Source: Candidatus Fermentibacterota bacterium (GTDB taxonomy: Bacteria; JAFGKV01). Taken from it: a stretch of 33,741 bases of DNA. Location: the NCBI GenBank assembly GCA_016928395.1, contig JAFGKV010000263.1, positions 1 to 33,741 of the forward strand. Direction: 5' to 3'. Under the pieces are notes generated by a model. The model had not been told where the DNA came from. It did no database searches and saw only the letters and a list, made by a program, of their open reading frames with translations. Shown in pieces: positions 9,064-18,062 of the stretch. The position numbers and the translations under genes are program-made. The stretch's first letter is position 1. Every line of letters begins with the position of its first letter.

Positions 9064-9357
9064 CTACCTCCACTTGCCGGGCACCCACTTCCACCGATTC
9101 CCCTTTTGCTTCCAATGACCTGGTACCCACACCTTGCCGGGCTTCTGATGATCCCATCGTCCCTGCATCCACACATACTCGCCCTTGTGCCATGCCCAGT
9201 GCCCGGGAATCCAGACCACGTTTCCCGGAGGCTGGGGAGGAGGCGTCTCCATCTGCCGCTCCGGCGGTGGGACCGAAACATAGCCGCCTCCTGAACAGGC
9301 GACGGCCATGACCACGGCTGCCACAGCCACAAGGCCGAATACGATTCGCGTTGACAT
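9064..9357 (-). CDS. YXWGXW-repeat putative lipoprotein
   Basis: AAGGAGGA RBS, hydrophobic signal with lipobox-like AVAC, Pro-rich linker, and repeats VWIPGHW, VWMQGRW, VWVPGHW, KWVPGKW. Confidence 0.8.
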   Translation of the reverse strand: MSTRIVFGLVAVAAVVMAVACSGGGYVSVPPPERQMETPPPQPPGNVVWIPGHWAWHKGEYVWMQGRWDHQKPGKVWVPGHWKQKGNRWKWVPGKWR

Positions 9358-9438
9358 CGAGATCCTCCTTTGCTGCATGGGAACACCATGCGATGGTCCT
9401 GGTATCGCGACCGAAACCGCCCGCAGGCGGCCTGACCG

Positions 9439-9467
9439 TTGACGGATGACCAGGCAGGCTGCAAACT
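9439..9467 (+). promoter_or_regulatory. Putative sigma70 promoter of the cysS operon
   Basis: TTGACG-N17-CAAACT, 58 nt upstream of the cysS ATG. Confidence 0.45.
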
Positions 9468-9525
9468 GGGGTAGCTACCCGCATTCGTCAGCTGCGAGCA
9501 CTCCCTACGCCAAGGAGACGTTTCC

Positions 9526-10968
9526 ATGGGGCTTGTCGTGTACAACTACCTTACGCGCTCGAAAGAAACGTTCAAGCCCGTCACTCCGGGACGCGTGGGA
9601 ATGTATGTGTGTGGGCCCACGGTCTATGACCACGCACATCTCGGCCATGCCAAGGTCTATGTCTCCTTCGACGTAGTCAACCGCTTCCTTCGCTTTCTAG
9701 GATACCGGGTCAGGTATGTGCAGAACATCACTGATGTTGGCCACCTTCTGGACTCGGGCGAAGACCGGATTCATCGGGGGGCAGCCCGGGAGAAACTCGA
9801 GCCCATGGAGGTCGTGGAGAAGTATGCCTGGAGCTACTTCGACGACATGGACGCGCTGGGAGTGCGGCGCCCTGACATCTCACCCCGCGCCTCAGGCCAT
9901 GTCACCGAGCAGATCGAGCTTATCCAGTGCATGGTGGACAAGGGCGTTGCCTATGTCTCCGACGGCTCAGTGTACTTCTCCGTGGATGCCTACCCCGCCT
10001 ATGGGAGACTCTCCCGTCGCAATATTGAGGAGTTGCAGGCGGGCACCCGGGTAGAAGCCCTGGAAGGAAAACGAAACCCCCTGGATTTCGCCCTGTGGAA
10101 GCACGCACAGCCCGAACATTTGATGCAGTGGCCGAGCCCGTGGGGGCGGGGATATCCCGGCTGGCACATCGAGTGCACAGCCATGTCGGCCAAGTACCTT
10201 GGCCTGCCGTACGATATCCATGGAGGCGGGTTGGACAATATCTTTCCCCACAATGAAAGCGAAATCGCCCAGGCAGACGCGGCCTTCGGAGAGGGCTATG
10301 CCAACTACTGGCTCCTGGCGGGCTCGCTGAATGTCGACGGTGTGAAGATGAGCAAATCCCTGGGCAACTTCGTGACCATCAAGGATGCCTTGGCCAAGGC
10401 AGACCCGGCCGCGCTACGCCTCTTGGTGCTCACCGGGCACTATCGCTCCCCGCTGGCCTTCACCAACGACGCCTTGGAGGCCGCCAGAACCGGGGCGAGA
10501 CGCCTGGGCGCTGCTCGGGACAAGGTGGCGGCCTATATGAGTGCACGGGGGTTGCCGCCCGAGGAAGACCTGGCCTCCTTGCAAGGCGAGCCCGCGGAGA
10601 CGAGAGATCGCTGCGTGGAATCCCTCAAGGATGACTTCAACACCCCCCAGGCCGCCGGCGTGCTCTTCGAGGCCGCTCACCGCGTGAACACGCTCCTGGA
10701 CGAGCCATCGCCGCCCGAGGAGACTGTGCGTGGATTTGACGCCCTGTTCAGGGAGGTGGGCGACCGCGTGCTGGGCATTATTCCCAAGGCGGGGCTCGAT
10801 CTGACCGGCCTCACCCCACGCCTGATGGAACTGCTGCTGGCCCTGCGTACCGAACTGCGCACGGCGAGGAACTATCCTTTGGCGGATCGCATTCGCGAGG
10901 AACTGGCCACACGCGGCATCAGTGTGGAGGATCATCCCGACGGCCCACGATGGCGCATGGATCGCTGA
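9526..10968 (+). CDS. cysS: Cysteine--tRNA ligase
   Basis: YVCGPTVYDHAHLGHA (HIGH motif), DFALWK, PGWHIEC, KMSKSLGN, DDFNTP, ADRIR. AAGGAG RBS. Confidence 0.98.
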   Translation: MGLVVYNYLTRSKETFKPVTPGRVGMYVCGPTVYDHAHLGHAKVYVSFDVVNRFLRFLGYRVRYVQNITDVGHLLDSGEDRIHRGAAREKLEPMEVVEKYAWSYFDDMDALGVRRPDISPRASGHVTEQIELIQCMVDKGVAYVSDGSVYFSVDAYPAYGRLSRRNIEELQAGTRVEALEGKRNPLDFALWKHAQPEHLMQWPSPWGRGYPGWHIECTAMSAKYLGLPYDIHGGGLDNIFPHNESEIAQADAAFGEGYANYWLLAGSLNVDGVKMSKSLGNFVTIKDALAKADPAALRLLVLTGHYRSPLAFTNDALEAARTGARRLGAARDKVAAYMSARGLPPEEDLASLQGEPAETRDRCVESLKDDFNTPQAAGVLFEAAHRVNTLLDEPSPPEETVRGFDALFREVGDRVLGIIPKAGLDLTGLTPRLMELLLALRTELRTARNYPLADRIREELATRGISVEDHPDGPRWRMDR

Positions 10969-11678
10969 CCGCGCGGGTTCGTCTCTGCGATGAACCCGTA
11001 GTGGAAGCCAGAGACCTTTCGTGCAGGGAGCGCGGACATGCCCCTTTGGCGGCGGGGCCCGGGAGCCCTGGGCAACAAGAGCTGCGGCTCTTGTCCGACG
11101 TTCCGCCGGCATCAGCATCGGGGTGGCGCGGCCTTCTGGGGCCTGTGGAATGCGTAGAGATTGAGGTCGGCTGCGGAAGGGGCGTCTTCTTGGTCGAACA
11201 GGCGCGCCGGCGGCCGTACTGCGGGTTCTTGGGCCTGGAGCTTTCCGGGAAGTGGGCACGGATGGCCGCCGACGGGTTAGATCGGGCGGGCATCGCCAAT
11301 GCCGCGGTAGTGCACTGCGATGCGGTAAGCTTCCTGCGAGCCCATGTGGCCGACGAATCAATTCAGGGGGTGCATGTCTACTTTCCCGATCCCTGGCCGC
11401 GAGCGCGCCACGAGAAACGGCGTATCTGGCGGGACGACTTCGTGACCGAGGTCTTGCGCGTCGTGGCTCCGGGCGCTAGGATAGTTGCGGCGACCGACAT
11501 CAGAGGGTATTTCTTGTCTATCCAGCGCCTGCTGTCCGAGCAGCCGCTCCTGCGGCAGCAGACCCTGCCGGATGCATGGCCGGTGACTGCGTACGCCAGG
11601 AAGTTCCTTGAGCGAGGCCGCCCGGTGTTCAGCACGATGTTCGTGAGAGTGCCCGATGCACCAGGCACGGGAGGTTGA
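10950..11678 (+). CDS. trmB: tRNA (guanine-N7)-methyltransferase
   Basis: EVGCGRG SAM-binding motif, YFPDPWPRARHEKRR, ATD. The true start may lie further downstream. Confidence 0.85.
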   Translation: MAHGSLTARVRLCDEPVVEARDLSCRERGHAPLAAGPGSPGQQELRLLSDVPPASASGWRGLLGPVECVEIEVGCGRGVFLVEQARRRPYCGFLGLELSGKWARMAADGLDRAGIANAAVVHCDAVSFLRAHVADESIQGVHVYFPDPWPRARHEKRRIWRDDFVTEVLRVVAPGARIVAATDIRGYFLSIQRLLSEQPLLRQQTLPDAWPVTAYARKFLERGRPVFSTMFVRVPDAPGTGG

Positions 11679-12781
11679 TGGTGCGTGACCCTCGGCTTGA
11701 GAGGATGGCGCGGGTACTGACGCAGTATTCGCTGGAATTGCGCTCTGGTGATCGCGTCATGATCAACGCGTATCCCCGCGCCGAGAGCCTTGTGGACTCG
11801 GTGTTCGTTGAGGCGCTCCAACTCGGTGCACTGCCCGAGGTCTCGTTGGAGCCCGCGAATTTGCGGCGGCTTTACTTTGCGGCGGCTTCGCCTGTTCAGA
11901 TGGCCGACATAAGCCCCCGGGAGCGTCTCGTGGCGGACTCCTACGATGCCATTCTCAGAATAGGTGCCCCGATGAATACCAGAGATCTAAGCGGGATTCC
12001 GCCCGACCGTCTGGCAGCCCGGAGCACGGCCACCGCGCCCCTGCAGCGGGCATGGTTGCGCCGCGCGGCCGAGGGAACCCTGCGGTGGACATCGACCCAG
12101 TTCCCGACCGAGGCCGGTGCGCAAGATGCGGACATGAGTCTTGCAGAATATGAGGACTTCGTATTCAGCGCCTGCTTGCTCAACGATCCTGATCCGGTGG
12201 CACGCTGGCAGCGGGTCCACGATGAGCAGGAACGCATCATACGGTTCCTCGAAACGCATTCCCAGTTCTCGGTACACAGCCCATCGGTGGAGCTATCCTA
12301 TCGGGCCTCAGGGAGGAAGTGGATCAACTCCGACGGCCATCACAACTTCCCATCCGGCGAGGTATTCTCCAGCCCCGAGGAGGACTCCATGGAAGGGGTG
12401 GCGGCCTTCGACTTCCCGGCCATTGTCATGGGCCGCGAGATCACTGGCATTTCCTTGGAGTTCAAAGGCGGCGTCGTGGTGAAAGCATCGGCAACGAAAG
12501 GTGACGACCTGCTGCAGGAACTTCTCCGCACCGATGCCGGCGCGTGCAGGGTGGGAGAAGTCGCCATCGGTACCAACTATGGCATCACCAAATTCACGCG
12601 GAATATCCTCTTCGACGAGAAAATCGGCGGTACGATGCACCTGGCAATTGGTGCCGCCTACCCTGAGACGGGGGGAATCAATGAGTCGGCGATCCATGTG
12701 GATTGCATCGCCGATCTTCGTCGCGGTGAGTATGCCGCGGACGGTGAGGTGTTCTATAGAAACGGTGCATTTCTGATCTGA
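11678..12781 (+). CDS. M29 (AmpS/AmpT-type) aminopeptidase
   Basis: NFPSGEVF, GEVAIG, ILFDEKIGGTMHLAIG, SAIHVD. TGATG overlap with the trmB stop. Confidence 0.92.
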   Translation: MVRDPRLERMARVLTQYSLELRSGDRVMINAYPRAESLVDSVFVEALQLGALPEVSLEPANLRRLYFAAASPVQMADISPRERLVADSYDAILRIGAPMNTRDLSGIPPDRLAARSTATAPLQRAWLRRAAEGTLRWTSTQFPTEAGAQDADMSLAEYEDFVFSACLLNDPDPVARWQRVHDEQERIIRFLETHSQFSVHSPSVELSYRASGRKWINSDGHHNFPSGEVFSSPEEDSMEGVAAFDFPAIVMGREITGISLEFKGGVVVKASATKGDDLLQELLRTDAGACRVGEVAIGTNYGITKFTRNILFDEKIGGTMHLAIGAAYPETGGINESAIHVDCIADLRRGEYAADGEVFYRNGAFLI

Positions 12782-12793
12782 GAGGAGTCACGC

Positions 12794-13729
12794 ATGGTCA
12801 CCTTTGAGGAGGTCAAGAAGGTCTACCCCGGTGGCCTCGAACGACGCTCTGTCACGGCCCTGAAGGGCATCAGCTTCTCCCTGGAACCGGGGGAGGTAGT
12901 CGCCTATGTCGGGCCCAATGGCGCGGGAAAGACCACCAGCCTCAATATTCTCCTGGGGTTGCTCAAGCCCACCTCCGGACGGGTCACGGTGGGTGGTCGC
13001 TCTCCCACCGAGGCTCCCGCTCGGGCCATCGTGGGCTATCTTCCCGAGCGCCCCTACTTTTACGAACAGCTTTCGGCGATCGAGTTTCTCCGCCTGTGCG
13101 GCAACCTCTCGGGGCTAGATCCCGCGGCCATCACCCGTCGCTCAGACCAACTGCTGGAACGCATGGGTTTGGCCGAGGCCGGGCGCCGCAGGCTTCGTAC
13201 CTTCTCCAGGGGAATGCTGCAGCGTCTGGGCCTCGCCCAAGCCCTGCTCCATGATCCCCAAATCCTGGTGCTGGATGAACCCATGTCGGGGCTTGATCCC
13301 CTGGGTCGGCACCTGGCCCGGGAGATCATCGCTGAGGCCAAGAAAATGGGCACGACCGTGCTGTACTCCAGCCATATCCTGGCCGACGCTGAGCTAGTGG
13401 CCGACCGGGTCGCAGTCTTGGTGCAAGGAGAACTCATCACCCTTGCGCCGCTGGTCGAGCTCCGGGCAATCCAGGAGGAGCGATTCGAGCTGGTCCTTGC
13501 CCCTACGGCCAAAGTCTCCATGGAACAAATCGAGCAGCGATGGCCCGAAGGCCGGGCGGTAGGAAATGCGTGGGTGTTGAATACCGATGAGGAATGCCTG
13601 CAGCGAATCCTCGCTCAAGCGACGGCCCGGGGTGCCAGGGTCATCCAGGTGCAACGGCCCCAGGCCCCGCTGGAGGAGACTCTGGTGCGGCTCATGCGTC
13701 GGCCGGACGCGAAAGGAGACACCGTATGA
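12794..13729 (+). CDS. ABC transporter ATP-binding protein (PilH/XapD-like)
   Basis: Walker A GPNGAGKTT, signature FSRGMLQR, LVLDEPMSGLDP, SSH. GYLPERPYFY. Confidence 0.92.
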   Translation: MVTFEEVKKVYPGGLERRSVTALKGISFSLEPGEVVAYVGPNGAGKTTSLNILLGLLKPTSGRVTVGGRSPTEAPARAIVGYLPERPYFYEQLSAIEFLRLCGNLSGLDPAAITRRSDQLLERMGLAEAGRRRLRTFSRGMLQRLGLAQALLHDPQILVLDEPMSGLDPLGRHLAREIIAEAKKMGTTVLYSSHILADAELVADRVAVLVQGELITLAPLVELRAIQEERFELVLAPTAKVSMEQIEQRWPEGRAVGNAWVLNTDEECLQRILAQATARGARVIQVQRPQAPLEETLVRLMRRPDAKGDTV

Positions 13730-14553
13730 GAATCCTCGGGACCATTGCCGTCCATTCTTTCCGCGACATCCTCCGCAGCCGGATTCTGTACGCCGTCATC
13801 GCCTATGCCGCGGTGGTGATGGGGGTGGCGGTCTTGGCCGGCGAATGGACCCTCGGCGAGCAGATCCGCCTGGTCACCGACGTCGGCCTGGGCGCCATGG
13901 TGGCATTTGGTCTGTTGCTGGTGCTGACCCGGGGAGCCGAGACCATCAGTCGAGAGGTCGAGCGAAAGACCGTACGCGTCATGCTCGCCCGGCCTATTCA
14001 GCGATGGCAGTTTGTGGTGGGGAGCTTCCTGGGCATGGTCATGGCGCTGGCCCTCCTCATCGCGGCCTTGCTCGCTGTGCTGTGTGTCGCGCTGATTCCC
14101 ATCGGCGGCCCTTCGTCATGGGGAAGCCTTTTCATCGCCTCGTGGGGGATCCTCTTGGAGCTGCTCATGATTGCTGCCGTCGCCCTCCTGGCCAGCAACC
14201 TCTCGTCTCCGGTGTTGGCGACACTCCTGACTCTCTTGGTATTCTGCGCGGGTCACATGGCCTCGGGGCTCCATGAGTGGATACAGGGAACCGCGACTGA
14301 TGGCGCCTCGCACCTTCCCGACTCCATGGCCAAGGTAGCCATGGCCTACCAGAGCGGACCGCTGAATGTGTTTCTACGCGTTGCATACTTTGCACTCCCC
14401 ATCATGACTCACGTGAACTTCAAGGCGCAGGCCGCCAATGCCGTCGCGGTGCCCGCCATGCGGGTCGTTGTCGGATCGCTCTATGCTTTGGTGTACACCA
14501 CCCTCGTGACTCTGGTGGGAGTCGGGGTCTTCAGGCGGAGAGACATCTCGTGA
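13726..14553 (+). CDS. ABC-2 type permease (PilI-like)
   Basis: ATGA overlap with the ATPase gene, about 6 hydrophobic segments, EVERKT...LARPIQRWQFVVG, C-terminal FRRRD. Confidence 0.85.
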   Translation: MRILGTIAVHSFRDILRSRILYAVIAYAAVVMGVAVLAGEWTLGEQIRLVTDVGLGAMVAFGLLLVLTRGAETISREVERKTVRVMLARPIQRWQFVVGSFLGMVMALALLIAALLAVLCVALIPIGGPSSWGSLFIASWGILLELLMIAAVALLASNLSSPVLATLLTLLVFCAGHMASGLHEWIQGTATDGASHLPDSMAKVAMAYQSGPLNVFLRVAYFALPIMTHVNFKAQAANAVAVPAMRVVVGSLYALVYTTLVTLVGVGVFRRRDIS

Positions 14554-15335
14554 TTCTCAGGACATGGGCCGCCTGGGTCGCCGTGGCGGGGATTCTGATT
14601 GTGTCGCTGGTGGGGCTGGATCGCCAGGCGACGGCTCACTGGCCCGCGACGCATACCCTGGAGCGAACGATCTCCACGCCGTCGGCCGCGCTCTCTATCC
14701 TCTCATTCGGCTTACGCCCCCTCATGGCAGATTATCTCTGGATCGACGCGGTGCAGTACCTGGGCCACACCTTGGGGCACCATGAGCACGACATCGTGGA
14801 TGGGAGCATCGTGGAACGAGGCCTGTCCGGCGACGACACGCGCACGGCGTCGGAAGTGTTCTACTCTTTGGTCAAGAGAACGGTGGAGGTTGATCCACTG
14901 TTCGTGCGGCCCGCCATGCTAGGCGCGCTCTTCCTTATCGATCCCCATGCCAACCCCATGGCGGGGCTGCGTCTCCTGGAGAGTGGCGCACGAAGCCGCC
15001 CAGACAGCTGGCAACTCCGGCTCTGGCACGGATTCTACCGCTACGCGATTCTCCGCGACCGGCAGACCGCGCTTGACGAGTTGGCGGCAGCGGCACGGTG
15101 CCCGGGCAGGCCCGACTATGTGCCGCAGATGCGGCACTTCCTGGAGACGGCGCCCGATTCGTCCCTGGCCAAGGTTTTCTTCAGGCACGCGCTCCACGAG
15201 GCCCGCACCGAGACCGAGCGCGCTCGGCTCCAGCAGAGGCTTGACGAACTGGACGCCGGCCTGGGAGAATTCGGGATACGCCACGATCATCACGATGATC
15301 ATCACGGGCATGGGCGCCCATCAGAGACCGACTGA
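14550..15335 (+). CDS. Membrane-anchored TPR-like ABC accessory protein (PilG/XapA-like) with His-rich segments
   Basis: GTGA overlap, N-terminal TM helix, SFGLRPLMADYLWIDAVQYLG motif, helical repeats, HHEHD and HDHHDDHHGHG. Confidence 0.6.
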   Translation: MILRTWAAWVAVAGILIVSLVGLDRQATAHWPATHTLERTISTPSAALSILSFGLRPLMADYLWIDAVQYLGHTLGHHEHDIVDGSIVERGLSGDDTRTASEVFYSLVKRTVEVDPLFVRPAMLGALFLIDPHANPMAGLRLLESGARSRPDSWQLRLWHGFYRYAILRDRQTALDELAAAARCPGRPDYVPQMRHFLETAPDSSLAKVFFRHALHEARTETERARLQQRLDELDAGLGEFGIRHDHHDDHHGHGRPSETD

Positions 15336-15742
15336 GGCCTGCGCCAGAGGGCGTGGCGGAAGCAGGATTCCGGGCCGCGGCGCATGCGATGAGCCTCGCG
15401 GGTCGTGAAAGATCGCGTGATCGATCCGCGGCCAGCCCCCGCCTGCGTCGTAGCGACGGGGGAGGGTTGTGTTCGTGAGTGAGGAGGCGTACTTTCTGCC
15501 CGGCAGAAGCCTTGCGAGCTATCCGGCGGGCGTGGCATTCACCTCCCGGCGAAGTGGCCTATACCGTTCAGGTGCGGGGGAGGTCCCCAAGGCGTCATAC
15601 CCCCCGGGCGCCTTCTCCTCCGCACCGCCATTTCGACTTCGCGAGGCTGTGGTGCGGGGGGTGAGGCGTGTCCTCCCCCTCGGCGCGTACTCAACCCCTC
15701 GCACCATTTCCCCGGCGGTGGGATGTGTGGTCAAGTTGTCTC

Positions 15743-15771
15743 TTGCCGTTCATCACAGCATGGCATACACT
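15743..15771 (+). promoter_or_regulatory. Putative sigma70 promoter of the radical SAM-phoH operon
   Basis: TTGCCG-N17-TACACT. Confidence 0.45.
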
Positions 15772-15920
15772 CACGCTGCCGGGCTGCGGAGAAGCCGAGG
15801 GCACTCGAGGCGAAGAAGGCCGTTCGGCGACACGCTCCATCCGTTACCGGAAGCCCGCCATGATCACGCTGCGGCCCCTCGGTCGCCGGGGGCGAGGCTG
15901 AGGAGGCAGGGAACGCTCCC

Positions 15921-17024
15921 ATGGCGATCATCCATACCCCTATCACCGCTGCCGCCCGTCGTGGCCGGAGCCTGCGTGTGAGACCGTTCCCGCTGGCCCG
16001 CTTCGGGATCAGGGCGCTTCAGACATGGCGCGGCAGGCTTTCACGGCCCTACAAGCTCACCTTTTCAGTGACTGAGCGCTGCAACCTGAGATGCCGTTGG
16101 TGCAATATCTGGCGCTCGGATGGCGAAGGAGAGCTTGGTCTCGATGAGATCGACAGATTCTTCGCCGCGAATGCCGCATTTGCGTGGGTGGACCTCACGG
16201 GAGGCGAGATCACCCTTCGACCGGATATCCTCGAAATCACCCATTCGGCGTCCGAGCGTCTTCCACACCTGTTCCAGTTTCACTTCCCCACCAACGGGAC
16301 GATGCCCCTCCGGGTCGAAGCTGTGGTGGAGACGGCACTGCGCGCGCAGATTCCCAAGGTGGTCGTGAGTGTCAGCATTGACGGCCCTCCCGAACTCCAC
16401 GACACCCTGCGCGGCAGGCCCGGAACCTGGGAGCATGCCGTGGAGACCTATGGCCGGGTTCGTCGCATCGGCGGCGAAGCGTACTTCGGCATGACCATCA
16501 GCCATGACAACCTCAAGGCCTTATCCCCGACGATGGAGGCGCTGGCCGCACGAGTCCCGGGATTCACCCCTCGCGACCTCCACCTGAACATAGCTCACTC
16601 GACCTTCTACTATGGCTCGCCACAGCTCCCGGCGCTGCCTCAGGAGACCGTCGACACCCTCGCCGGCTTCATGAAGGCTCGGGGATTCCCCAAGAACCCC
16701 GTCCTGCTGCTGGAGATGCTGTATCAGCGGAAGGTCGGCGCCTATCTCTCGACCCATCGCTCGCCGGTGCCATGCCAGGCCCTCTCCTCGTCGCTGTTTG
16801 TGGATGCCCGCGGCAGCGTGTTCCCTTGTACGTCGTACGACCTGCGGCTGGGGAACCTCCGTGAGATGAACTACTGCCTCGAGAAGCTGTGGACTGCACC
16901 CGAAACAGCGGCGCTGGCCCACGACATCAGGCACGGCACGTGCCCGGGGTGCTGGACTCCCTGCGAGGCCTATCAGAGCATTATCGCCAACCTTGCCCGG
17001 CCATCCACATGGCGCGCGGCGTGA
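15921..17024 (+). CDS. Radical SAM protein with twitch/SPASM-type C-terminal domain
   Basis: CNLRCRWC, TGGE, SIDG..HD..RG, CQALSSSLFVDARGSVFPC, CPGCWTPC. Alternative GTG start at 15978. Confidence 0.9.
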   Translation: MAIIHTPITAAARRGRSLRVRPFPLARFGIRALQTWRGRLSRPYKLTFSVTERCNLRCRWCNIWRSDGEGELGLDEIDRFFAANAAFAWVDLTGGEITLRPDILEITHSASERLPHLFQFHFPTNGTMPLRVEAVVETALRAQIPKVVVSVSIDGPPELHDTLRGRPGTWEHAVETYGRVRRIGGEAYFGMTISHDNLKALSPTMEALAARVPGFTPRDLHLNIAHSTFYYGSPQLPALPQETVDTLAGFMKARGFPKNPVLLLEMLYQRKVGAYLSTHRSPVPCQALSSSLFVDARGSVFPCTSYDLRLGNLREMNYCLEKLWTAPETAALAHDIRHGTCPGCWTPCEAYQSIIANLARPSTWRAA

Positions 17025-17090
17025 GACCCAGCGTGCCCGGCCACCATCGCGCCCTCTGGGTGTCTCCGCGGAGGGAGGAAAGAAAGCAGC

Positions 17091-18062
17091 GTGTCGGCGA
17101 TGGCGGATAAGCACGGTTCGCGGACCGAAGTCTGCATCGCTTTGAATGACATCGATCCTGTGCTGTTGCTGGGCGAGAACGACCGCTGGCTGCGGCTGCT
17201 CAGGGCTCACTCCCACGCCCGGTTGATCGCCCGCGGCGATACCATTCGCATCGTGGGCGAGGCCGATGAGGTTCGGCGCATCGAGGCGCTGGTGCTCTCG
17301 CTTATGGATCTGGTCAGATCGGGGCACACACTGCAGCAGGAGGACATGGAGATCGCACTGCACGTTCCCGGTGCTGCCAATCCGCCGCCGCGCACCGCGG
17401 CGGCGGAGATCGTCGCGCCTCGCCGGGTGGTTCGTCCCCGCACTGCGGGACAACACGCCTACGTTGATGCGATGATGGCCAACGATCTGGTCTTCGCCAT
17501 CGGGCCGGCGGGCACGGGGAAGACCTATCTTGCCGCGGCCATCGCCGTCGCAGCGCTATCCCGCCATGAAGTCCGCCGGATCGTCCTGGCCCGTCCCGCC
17601 GTGGAGGCAGGAGAGAAGCTGGGGTATCTCCCCGGGGATCTGAAGGAGAAAGTAGACCCCTATCTGCGCCCGCTATGGGATGCACTGTACGATCTTCTCC
17701 CCTTGGAGCGAGTCAAACGCCTCATGACGCTGGAGGCCATTGAGATCGTGCCGCTGGCATTCATGCGCGGCAGAACTCTGAATGACTCGTATGTGATCCT
17801 CGATGAAGCCCAGAACACCACACCCATGCAGATGAAGATGTTTCTGACCCGCCTGGGAAACAGCTCCAAGGCCATCGTGACCGGCGATGTCACGCAGATA
17901 GACCTCCCGCCGGGCCAAATCTCAGGGCTCCTGCACATTCGGCAGATTCTCCCTCCCATCCCGGGGATAGCCTTTGTGGAACTGACCAGAGCCGACGTGG
18001 TTCGCCATCCCTTGGTCCAGCGTATCGTGCAAGCCTACGAGGAACTGGAGCGCGACGGCTGA
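17091..18062 (+). CDS. phoH: PhoH/YbeZ-family ATPase
   Basis: GPAGTGKTYLA, RPAVEAGEKLGYLPGD, FMRGRTL, DEAQN, DVVRHPLV. Confidence 0.96.
   Translation: MSAMADKHGSRTEVCIALNDIDPVLLLGENDRWLRLLRAHSHARLIARGDTIRIVGEADEVRRIEALVLSLMDLVRSGHTLQQEDMEIALHVPGAANPPPRTAAAEIVAPRRVVRPRTAGQHAYVDAMMANDLVFAIGPAGTGKTYLAAAIAVAALSRHEVRRIVLARPAVEAGEKLGYLPGDLKEKVDPYLRPLWDALYDLLPLERVKRLMTLEAIEIVPLAFMRGRTLNDSYVILDEAQNTTPMQMKMFLTRLGNSSKAIVTGDVTQIDLPPGQISGLLHIRQILPPIPGIAFVELTRADVVRHPLVQRIVQAYEELERDG

Noticed and set aside
10414-11361. 315-aa minus-strand ORF
   Set aside because: Antisense shadow of cysS/trmB in GC-rich DNA, with no motifs.
15350-15375. GGAAGCAG, reminiscent of the SRP RNA loop
   Set aside because: It lacks the CAGG..GNRA helix-8 context.
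15469-15981. 170-aa plus-strand ORF in the spacer
   Set aside because: Arg/Pro-rich with no motif, and it spans a predicted promoter and overlaps the radical SAM gene.
16521-17456. 311-aa minus-strand ORF
   Set aside because: Antisense to the radical SAM gene and phoH.
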